From Octopus bimaculoides (taxonomy: Eukaryota), in the NCBI RefSeq assembly GCF_001194135.2, contig NC_069000.1:22122335-22186334 (forward strand): a stretch of 64,000 nucleotides of DNA, in the 5' to 3' direction. This document shows, one piece after another, positions 52,851-64,000 of this stretch. A model generated the notes under the pieces. That model ran no database searches. It was not told the origin of the DNA and saw only the letters and a list, made by a program, of their open reading frames with translations. The translations under genes and the position numbers were made by a program. Numbering within the stretch: position 1 is the first letter of the stretch; each line of letters starts with the position of its first letter.

Positions 52851-55800
52851 ATATATATGAAAGAACACATAACATGTTTTTTACTACAATAAAATCAAAA
52901 CGTTTTGTACTTTAGACAGGTGTCTTAAATTTTGTGTATATAATATGTCTTTAGTGAAGAGTCAATCAATGGGAATTTGTAAACCAATAATTAGAAATTC
53001 TAACATTCAATGAGCAAAGAACTTAACTCCTCCCAAATCCAGCAATATCGGTATAAGGAGAGGATAATTCTACAACTGAATACTTGTTGAAGACTATTAA
53101 CATGTAGACAAATAAATCAGTCTGTTTTTCCAAATAGCCAAGAGACAGCATCCCAAAGGCTCAGGTTCTAATATCATATCAAAACACAAATATATCTTAA
53201 GGTAGAGTACTGTTGCAGTGTTATATGTACTCTATAGATTATACTCTCCCTCAGTGGAAGAGCATAGGTTTAGATTAAGCCTTCTTTTACTGATGGGTCA
53301 TGCACATTTACCTGTTCAATGTTAAACAGTATCATCTTTCAGTTTCTGCTCTTCTAACCAAACTGCCTAACCTGTATCCCTTTAAGAGCATTTAATGTAG
53401 GCACAGTCACTTTTTCCACCACACAGATCCAGAGTTAAACACTTTACTTAATCCTCCTTCAAAATTTTCACTTGCCCAAGGTGCCATACAGTGAGACTGA
53501 ACCCAAAACCAAGAAGTTGGGAAGCAAGCTTCTTACCACACAGCCATGCCTGTGCTATTTATATATTTATATATATATTCCATTGTATTGTATAATCAAC
53601 TCTCAACAGTCTCCTCTATCAAAATAGGTACCATGGGGTAGTATTGTTTACTGCTGTAGACAGTGGGAATAATATAAAAAAAGTTTGCTGGCTGGCAGTG
53701 CCATCTTCAATTTCTCTTGGGAGAAAGCTAGCTGCAGTAGATCAGCAGTGAATCGAAGGGAAGTTTGTCTCATCTGATTAACACAAAAGACACTGACAGA
53801 TGGATGCTTGGAGAAATAGGATATAAGCACTAACCAAGGATCCATATGGAAACTGGACATAAGCACTGATATCTTAGAACCTTGTAGAAAGAATTAGCAG
53901 AGGCAATGACGGTAGGATGGTAAGTTGACAGGTTTTGTAGAACATTGGGACAAAATGTCAACAAAATTTACTTATGGTCCTCTACATTCTAAGTTCAAAT
54001 ATTGCCAAGACTAATTTTGCTCGACTTCTAGCATTGATAAACATAAAGTTCCAGTCAAACACAAGACTTGATTTACCACTGTTCTTATAAGGTATTCTAA
54101 GTGTGAATGGAATTATGATAGAAGACATATAACAGCAACAGTGTTTTGTATGTAAGCTATAATAATGATGATGATGATCAGAGTTCAATTCTCAACATAC
54201 ATTGTCAATATTGATACAATATAGAAAGCAAAAAATCAACCATGTAAGTTTTAGACAAACTCAAGTAAGTGCAATTAAAACATTATCTCTACCATCTGCA
54301 CAAACTTTAATAATAATAATAATAATAATATGAAGAGGAATGGTGACAACAACAATATAAACATTTATAAATATCAGATTAAGTGCAGATATCAAAAGAA
54401 AAACATATCTGACTGTCAAAAACATCTAATTCAAATATGTGTGTGTGTGTATGTGTATACTTACACATACATAAATATGCATGTATTCAGTTAAATATAC
54501 ACACACACATATATACATACAAACCAATATGTGTGTATGTGTGCATATGTTAGCACTGAAAAGTGGACAATTAAAAGGATGATGATATTATTTAACGTCT
54601 ACTTTTCTATGCTTGCATGGGTCAGACATTATATATATATATATATATATATGAAGATATAAAGGCAACTTGGCAATTAAAACTTCCTCAACCATCAAGT
54701 AATCAATAGCCATTTCATCTACTAATGAATTCATTGGTAATGATAGCTAAACAGAAATAAATCTACTTCCAAGTTGAAGATAACTGACACATGCAACATC
54801 AATATTTGTATTAGTAATCTGGTAGATTTCATTGAAGACAGTGTGTGGCTGATGAGTGAGGGCAGGAGTTTAGGTGTGACTAAAGTGGTGGAAGTGGTTA
54901 GAAGTGTAAGTAAATCAAACATGGTCTGGAATGAAATCGATACATGCAGCTGGAATTGGTGTGGTGGCGGTGGGGAGGGGGGGGGGTGTCATGGCAGCGG
55001 TATGGAAATGGTAGTTGTGATCAAACTTCTGGTTATGTACATGGCCAACAGAAAGTGGCAGTAGCAGCACTGATAATAAAAGTGGTGGTGGTGGTGGTGG
55101 CGGCGGTGGTGAGAGAGAGAGAGAGAGAGAGAGAGNNNNNNNNNNNNNNNNNNNNNNNNNNNNNNNNNNNNNNNNNNNNNNNNNNNNNNNNNNNNNNNNN
55201 NNNNNNNNNNNNNNNNNNNNNNNNNNNNNNNNNNNNNNNNNNNNNNNNNNNNNNNNNNNNNNNNNGTCACCTCAATCGTTCTCCAATGTTTTTGTTTAAT
55301 TGTGTTCGAGTAATTATATATATTTCTTGTCTAGATAACTTGACAGAGACAGAAGCAAGGATGTGAGACGATGAAGAGGCGGATGGTGGCAGTGGGGAGG
55401 GCAGCAAACAGTTGAACATATAACTAATTAAACCAAACAGATTTAGAGAGAGAAAGACAACGGGCGGACAGCTAGACAAATAAATCTGGCCATGGCTTTT
55501 ATGTTCCGGACAGTAGATTCAATAATTGAAAATAGATATCATTGAATAAGTGCTGGTTCTAATGCAAGAAGCTATCATATGGTAGCAAAATGCTATGTGT
55601 TCATTTGACTGTTTAACATAGCAGTCAAATTGCCTGCAACAAATCCATTGCTTTGCAATTTAAGAATGATCACATGTAATATTTCAAATGGGTCCAGGTT
55701 TGAAATTGAAAGTGGAAGACATTAAGATGCATGAAGAATTCGGGTTCAATTTCATTTAACTGACCTCCCTTGAAAATTCCCAATATCCAGTGCCTGAATG

Positions 55801-58800
55801 AATGGTATTGCTTCTTGAAATATGAAAAAGCCAAAACACACCAGAAATCTTTAAAGTGTTGATATGACATGTCTTGTCACAGAATAACAAATGGTGTTTC
55901 AAAATAAACAAATTCTCCAAATATTTCAAGGTTACCAACACAGGAAAATAACTTGAGATGTTAAGGTAGCGAGCTGGAAGAATGTTTAACAGCATTTTGT
56001 CTTCTGTCTTTACATTCTGAGTTCAAATTCCACTGAGGTTGACTCTGCCTCTCATCCCTTCAGGATCAATAAAAGAACTATCAGATGAACACTGAGGTCC
56101 ATGTAATCGACTCCCGCCCCCCGAAAGTACTGGCCTTGTGCCAAAATGCAAAACTAATATAACATGCCAGATTCATCTCGGGGGAAAAAAAAAAAAAAAA
56201 AAAGACATGCAATTGCAGATATATAAGGAAAAATTAAAATACACCATTACCTTTAAATCTACAGCTAATGTTTCTTTTATGTTTTATTTATTTCAGCCAT
56301 TGGACTGCGGTCATGTTAGGGCAATGGTTTGAAGGGTTTTAGTCAAACAAATCGACTGCAGGACACATTTTTTAAAAATCAAGTGCTTATCTCAGTCGCT
56401 TTTACTTATGGGGACAGTTTTCAAGCAGTGGGGGGAAGGGACAGACAGAAACATAAAGGCGCGTGTATGCACACACACAACAGGCTTCTTGCATTTTCTG
56501 TCCACTAAAACCATTTGCAAAGCTTTGGTTGGCCTGGGGCTATAGTAGATGTCATACAGTGTGACTGAACCTAAAACCATTAGGTTGGGAAGCAAGCTTC
56601 TTACCACACAGTCATGCCTGTAGTCATAAATCATTTATCTTATATCTTTTACTGGTTTCAGTCTTTAGACTGTGGCCATGCTGGGCATCATTTTGAAGGA
56701 TTTTAGTTGATTGAACTAAGCCTAGTAATTTGTTTTAAAGCCTCGTACTTATTCTATCGACCTCTTTTATCAAGTTATGAGGACGTAAACACACCAACAC
56801 TGGTTGTCAAGTAGTAGTAGTAGTGGAGGGACAAACACACACACACCTGGAGGGGTTTTTCCGTCTACTAAATCCACTCACAAGGCTTTGGTCAGCCCAA
56901 GGCTATAGTATAAGACACTTGCCCAAGGTACCATGCAGTGGGATTGAACCCGAAACTATGTGGATGGGAAGTAAGCTTCTTACCACACAGCCATACCTTT
57001 GGCCATAAATGTATAAAGATTAAAATTGTTATATTTTTGCTGTTTTAAGTAAGCAAAACACAAGAGTTTGTTATATTTGCAATGTAATAACCAGAGCTTA
57101 TGAAACATAGTGGTGATTTACTTGACAAACATCATTCATCCAAAGATTAATGAATAAGTTAATATGGCATGGGGTAAAAAAAACATCTCAGTATTTCAAT
57201 AATAAATCAGTTTTGCTTCAAAAGTAAACATTGTGCATGTTTATATAATAGGCACTGCCTCTTACTCCAGACCCAGCTAGTAAAACAGAGAATGTATGTC
57301 TGTAGATTATTAAAGCTTTTATGTGCATCTTTCAATATGAACCTTGTACGTAGAGAAGTATTGTTAAAAACTGTGCATGTTCATGTGTTTTTGTTTCAAC
57401 AACAGGACACACACAAACATTAATGTTTGTTTTTATATATTTTCATATATATATATATATATATATCATTATGTTGAACCATTAATCTCTAAAAAAAATT
57501 TTTTCTCTTTCCATTTTTTTTTATGCTCTCTCCTTTTTTCCTCTCTTAATCCTTTCTGTTGAGGGGGTGTAGGCTTGAAATGTAAAAGACTTTTCCATTC
57601 TTCCCGAGCATTAAACTAATACACTTGTTTAGTGTTCCTACATCTGCCTTCATCTTTTGTTTTCTGCAAATTTGAATAATACACACACACACACACACAT
57701 ATATATATTAATGACAGAAGCAGTATTAATATTGAGAGGTAATATTTATTCCTTCTTAAGTGTGGATGTTCTGTTAGGACAAACTATACTGCAGTAGATA
57801 TCATGAGAGAAACCCTCATATTGGCTTTTGTGCAAAGTGCACTCTTGTTTCTATCGTTAGTGGGGAGGCAGCTCCCCGCCACCTCCAGTGCTGAGACCAC
57901 CAGATCACATGATCGTGATGTTAGGAAGGCTATACAGCTGTCAATCCAAAACAGACTGCGGAATCTGGTGTAGCTCTTGGTCTTGCCATTTCCTATCAAG
58001 CTGTTCAAACCATGCCAGCATGGAAAATAGATGCTTGATGATGATGATGATGATGATGAGTGAATTTGGCAGATGGGGAAACTGAAAGAAGTCTATCACA
58101 CACGTGTACATGTGCATGCCACTGTGTGTGTGTGTACATCATCATTTAACGTCCGCTTTTCATGCTGGTATGGGTTAGACAGTTTGACTGGAACTGGTAA
58201 GCTGGAGAGCTGCACCAGGTTCCAGTCTGATTTGATATGATTTCTATGACTGGTTGCCCTTCATAACATCAATCACTCCAAGAGTGTAATGGGTGGTTTT
58301 TTTTTTGTGTCATTGGCATAGGTGCCATTTATAGGACACTGGCAATAGCTATGACTATGATTTCACTTGGCTTGACGAGTCTTCTCAAACACACACACAC
58401 ACACACACACATATACTCTTTTATTCGCTTCAGTCATTTTGACTGCGGCCATGCTGGTGCACCGCCTTTGTATATCAACTTTGGGTTAGTTAAAATATTT
58501 ATGACATATTTTAACTTCTAAAGGTAAATTCATTACATTGGGGAAAAAAAAATTCTCTCTTACAGTAAACAGTGTACAAATATCATATCTGCCCAATGCT
58601 TCTCTATTGGCTATTTCTGGCTCTCTAGCCTTCGTCAATGGAAATATCGAAGAGAAATAGCCCTGGGCAGATTCAAAAGCCATAGCTTTAACAAAGAAGC
58701 AAAAGTCCACATCAGAAACCACATAGTTGGAAAGCAAACTTCTTAACCACACAGCCATGCCTGTGTCTATGTGTGTTTGTGTATCCTTATTTTAATGCAC

Positions 58801-59427
58801 AGTAGTTGTAAAGGAGTACCAGTCATACACACTGTCTTTCATTCTCAATCTTCCATAATGTGTATTATGGAAGTTAACAGGCTGGGAAACAGGTAAGGGA
58901 TGTTGGCAAGATGGACATCTGGTTCTAGAAAATTCACCTTGATGAATCCCTTCAGGTCCAGTGAAGCATCAAAAACGAATGTTAAACAATAAAAATGATA
59001 GGCTCTCTCTTCATCTCTTTTTAAATGGGGTTTTAGTTTAAACATCTTGGTCAAGTATCATCTACTATAGCCCCAGGCCAACCAAAGACGTGTAAGGGGA
59101 TTTGGTGCACAAAAATCAAAAGAAGACTAGTATGTGTGCAAGCATGTGTGTCTGTGTTTACAACTGAAATTGATTGTACAGAAGTGCAGTGGATTGTGTT
59201 GTTTGTCAGTTTCTTCTCTCAACAGATTGTCTGGGTACTTCGAGCTTTCAAAGAGGTGTAGAATTAATGATCCTTTACTTGAAAAACAAGTAAGGGTTAG
59301 TGTCAGGAAGGGCATTTGTGGTAAAACAATGCCTTGAATAATAGATTCAAACACCCTGTATGTAAAACAAATTAACATATCTGCACACACACACACACAC
59401 ACATGCGCACGTTTATACACACATGTG

Positions 59428-59458
<31 letters not shown>

Positions 59459-59543
59459 CTATACACACATGAACATATACGTAAGACAAGGCATAAATAA
59501 CAGTCATTATATATACATGTATATACTTATACACACATATATA

Positions 59544-59563
59544 TATATTTATTTCAGGGTTAA

Positions 59564-59615
<52 letters not shown>

Positions 59616-59616
59616 G

Positions 59617-59702
<86 letters not shown>

Positions 59703-59722
59703 TTTAACCCTGAAGTAAATAT
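59544..59722. repeat. Fold-back palindrome built around (TG)n(TA)n(CA)n
   Basis: ATATTTATTTCAGGGTTAAATGTG... mirrored by ...CACATTTAACCCTGAAGTAAATAT, with one mismatch in the unique arms. Confidence 0.8.
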
Positions 59723-61586
59723 TCACAAATAAAACACTATACCAGAATGCAGTAATTGTCATACATATGAAACCAGTTTTAGAAAAGCTAACTTAACCTA
59801 CATCGTCTATTTCACTTCAGAAACTCTTGTAGTTTAAACGAAAAAAAAAATTTGTTCAATACTTGAATATTTTACAATACTTAGGTGCCAAGTTACAGTT
59901 AGAAATGAGCTTTCAGTAAGATAATAAAATATTATTTCATTACAGTAAGTGTAATATTCTCAAATAGTGTTACACAAAGAATATGAATATGAAATTCTTA
60001 AGTAGTATTAAACGAAATGTAAGTCATATTCTAAAGTAATATTATACACTGAGTGTAATATTCTAAAGTACCATTAAATACAGAGTATGTGATTTTCTAA
60101 AGTTGTCTTCAACAAAACATGATATTGATATAATCAATGCAGTATTATTATGCATTACAATGCTTGTGATATCATGAAGTAGCATATTCAAGATATTGGT
60201 AGAGACATTCCCAAGAAGCATTCCTCACAGTGTGTATAACCTTAAAATCCTGCCAATCGCACTTTAGGTCAATGATGGCAAACCTGTGTTATGTGTATCA
60301 GCTGTGATAAGCTGTGGGTTTTTAGATTACACAATGTGGTGCAGAGAGAAATCTCTCACTGCCATATCATACCATAAAAGCTTCATCTATGAACGTTTTG
60401 CTAAAACTAAAACACATCTGAAATATAATATTTAAGTGACATTCTATTAACAGGATTATTAACGAAATTATAATTTTACCAATGCTGAGAGTTTGCCATC
60501 CCGTCTTTAGGTCATATATGGGTGATCTCAGTTAGCAATTGGCTCTAAAACTAATCATCACTCCTATTTATATAGGTGTGGCTGTGTTGTAAGAAACTTG
60601 CATCCCAACCACATAGTTCTGGGCTCACTCTCACTGTGTGACACCTTGGGCAAGTGTCTTTGACTATAACCTGGGGATGACCAAAGCCTTGAAAGTGGAT
60701 TTCATAGACAGAAACTGAAAAAAGGCAGCGAGCTGGCAGAAATGTTACCCCGCTGGGCAAAATGCTTAGCAGTATTTTGTTCAAATTCCGCTGAGGTCGA
60801 CTTTGCCTTTCATCCTTTCGGGGTCAATGTAATTGACTTAATCCCTTTGTCTGTCCTTGTTAGTCCCCTCTATGTTTAGCTCCTTGTGGGCAATAAAGAA
60901 ATAGGAAACTGAAAAAAGGCAGCGAGCTGGCAGAAATGTTACCCCGCTGGGCAAAATGCTTAGCAGTATTTTGTTCAAATTCCGNNNNNNNNNNNNNNNN
61001 NNNNNNNNNNNNNNNNNNNNNNNNNNNNNNNNNNNNNNNNNNNNNNNNNNNNNNNNNNNNNNNNNNNNNNNNNNNNNNNNNNNNNNNNNNNNNNNNNNNN
61101 NNNNNNNNNNNNNNNNNNNNNNNNNNNNNNNNNNNNNNNNNNNNNNNNNNNNNNNNNNNNNNNNNNNNNNNNNNNNNNNNNNNNNNNNNNNNNNNNNNNN
61201 NNNNNNNNNNNNNNNNNNNNNNNNNNNNNNNNNNNNNNNNNNNNNNNNNNNNNNNNNNNNNNNNNNNNNNNNNNNNNNNNNNNNNNNNNNNNNNNNNNNN
61301 NNNNNNNNNNNNNNNNNNNNNNNNNNNNNNNNNNNNNNNNNNNNNNNNNNNNNNNNNNNNNNNNTATATATATATATATATATTATCTACGTGTATGTGT
61401 CTTTGTGTCAGTGTGTTTACATCCCTGTAACTTAGCAGTTCAACAAAAGAGACTGATAGATTAAGTACCAGGCTTAAAAAATATATTGGGGTTGATTAAT
61501 GTGCTAAAAATTCAAGGTGGTGCCCCAGCATGGTCACAGTCTAATGACAGAAACAAGTAAAAAATAGAAAGTACCTACACACACAC

Positions 61587-61623
<37 letters not shown>

Positions 61624-63906
61624 TACGTGTGAGAAGACACATATGCACACATCCATACAAGTGCCAGTGCAGTTGGCACAATTAGATAAGATTGTGGTAC
61701 AGTTGATATGATGGAAAACCACCAGATATTATTTAATAAGATTCAGTATTTATTAGCTAAAGCTCACCTCATCTGGCCTTAAGACAGTTAACTGAAAGTT
61801 AGGATAAGGATTAAGATGTTATTGCCAAGAATGTACATAGTACAAGCCAATCCCAAGACACAGTTTTCAGAGACACAACTATGACAAGAAAGTGTTAGAA
61901 CACCAGTAGAGTACCAGTAGTTAGTATTATCAGACTGTTAATTAACTTTATGTAGTTAACACATTATCATAGTTTAGATGCTGTCAGGCAAATTATTAAT
62001 AATCAGTCTACTTAATATTATAGTTTTAATTTTCAGTGTAATTAACATTATAATGGATAAAAAGGCCCTGTTCTCAATGTGCACTTTTGGTTTTGTTGCT
62101 GTTGAAAATATTTTTCTTGTTGAAATCACATAACTTCATTACAAATATAACAACCCCCAGAGATGCTTTAACACTTTCCTGACACTATATACTCTCAATA
62201 AGCAAAGCTATAGTGGACAATCTAATCTCTCACCTTGTAGCATTCTATGTTCTTTTTTTACTTTTGTCACTACACCCTCTGTATTGCCTTAGGAAATAGA
62301 AGGGAAATACAGAGCCAAAGCAGCATGACAGTCTTGTGATTTGGGCAAGCCACAAGCACATCTATACGAGAATATGGGTACACATGCACATATACAATGC
62401 TAAAATATATACTGGTGGATATCCCAAATTGGATAATTTGAAAGAAATTTTCCAAAACTCAGGTTAAATACACAAAATTTACAGATCCTTAAATTCAGAA
62501 GGTTACTTTCAGTTTTGCCTTTCAGATTACTATCACGTTTAGCAGACGTTGAATTCTGATGTCATGCCCCAATTTTTTTATAATGAGTTGGAAGTATTTG
62601 CATTGTTGTTTATTGTTGTTGTTATTACACTCACACACATACACACAATAGGTGCAGGTATGGCTGTGTGGTAAGAAGTTTGCTTCCCACTACATGGTTC
62701 TGGATTCAGTCATATTTTGTAGCAGTTTGAGCAAGCGTCTTCTACTACAAGCCTTGAGCCAACCAAGTGGATCTGGTAGAGAGGAAATGATAGAAGCCTG
62801 TCATATATATATATATGTGTGTGTATCTTTATGCTTGCGCTTGTCACCTACCACTGCATGACAACCGGCATTGATATGCTTATGTTCCCATAACTCAAAG
62901 GTCCAGTATAAGAGACTGATAGAATATGTACCAGGCTTTAAAAAAAAAAAACAAGTAGTGGGGTCAATTCATTTGACTGAAATTCTCAAGCTGCCCCAGC
63001 ATGGCTGCAGTCTAATGATATACACACATAGCAATTATTATTATTATACATAGGATTATGAACATTAGTTACTTCTACATACTACCACAGTTCCTATTTA
63101 CCTATCTGCCTGCACATGCACACATGCATATAATTTTCAAAAATAAAAACATGAATGACAAAGTGAAAAGGTGAAAAAAAAAGTAAGTATTAGTTTGATA
63201 CTTGATGGTAGGTAAAAAAAAAGGTTCTTGACATTTTGAGCTTACACTCTTCTTCTCAAAACCAGACAGAAAGAAAAGAATAGAAATAAAATGATGGGGA
63301 AGGGAATCACAGAGAGAAGCATTTTTAGTATGTGTCAGGTTGTGTTGCACAAGTCTAGAGAGTAATGCAAAAGCAGCCAGTATACATGGGTGCATGTTTT
63401 ATGTGCATGTTGCACACACACATCCATTTGCAATTAAAGTATGTGTTTCTTTCAGCGTCAACCTACTATGTATGGATGTATTACTACAAAGCATGTGCTT
63501 TTTGGGGTTTGTCTATATGCACCATGTGAATATATGACTATTTATGCATTTTGATTCATGCATAAGGTGTGTATATCTGAGTGTAGATGCATTGATACAA
63601 AGTGTGTGCTTTTTGGTCTATGTACATGTGCCATGTTATATTTGTGTGGATACTACTGAATGTAGCAAATTAGTATATGAGTATGGATACTACTGAAATG
63701 TATATATGCACATTAGGGATTAGATTTAAGATTGTGTGTGTGTGTGTGTGTGTGTGTATGCATGTGCACATGTATATGTACATACATACATGTTATGCTT
63801 TTGAGTTTGATCAACATAGTGAAATTTATGGGGCATAAGTGCATGTGTATGAATGCTATTGTGTGTGTTGCTGTGATGTGTATGTTGCTTGAGCCTTGTA
63901 TGTATA

Positions 63907-63953
<47 letters not shown>

Positions 63954-63963
63954 NNNNNNNNNN

Positions 63964-64000
<37 letters not shown>

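Noticed and set aside
53648-53866. RT-like motif (TSLRFTADLLQLAFSQEKL) suggesting a LINE fragment
   Set aside because: Only one short, degenerate resemblance to the LRFADD motif; needs an HMM search before reporting.
55380-55530. CpG-containing stretch with a GGGCGG box as a possible promoter or enhancer
   Set aside because: Short motifs occur by chance; no independent evidence in the sequence.
3289-63537. The many track ORFs rich in X, YI/HT/CV repeats or SINE-derived peptides (e.g. LQLDALPNANH)
   Set aside because: They are translations of N gaps, microsatellites and SINE copies, with no splice-consistent or homologous coding signal.

Overview
AT-rich, microsatellite- and gap-laden eukaryotic DNA. 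The repeat families and style suggest an octopus draft genome (inference, not verified). The window is dominated by one minus-strand, intron-rich gene for a TOX-family HMG-box protein. Six coding exons are well supported, with consistent GT-AG sites and phases: 20782-20234, 15001-14889, 8818-8683, 7351-7271, 5765-5493 and 3275-3145. A candidate first coding exon lies at 43518-43486, and the last exon was not found in the window. Almost every other ORF in the track is a microsatellite, SINE or N-gap artefact. The introns hold several SINE-like families, piggyBac-like (TTAA) and Tc1-like (TA) MITEs, a Helitron 3' fragment and degenerate LINE/Penelope pieces. The most interesting signal is a set of minimal type I hammerhead-ribozyme motifs of Penelope-like style. 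The best case is a palindromic element at about 15435-15824 that joins a tRNA-like Pol III head to a hammerhead and carries the hammerhead on both strands. One copy is sense to the TOX pre-mRNA, about 480 nt upstream of a splice acceptor. All ribozyme calls are by-eye motif and pairing analysis; no folding or database search was run.
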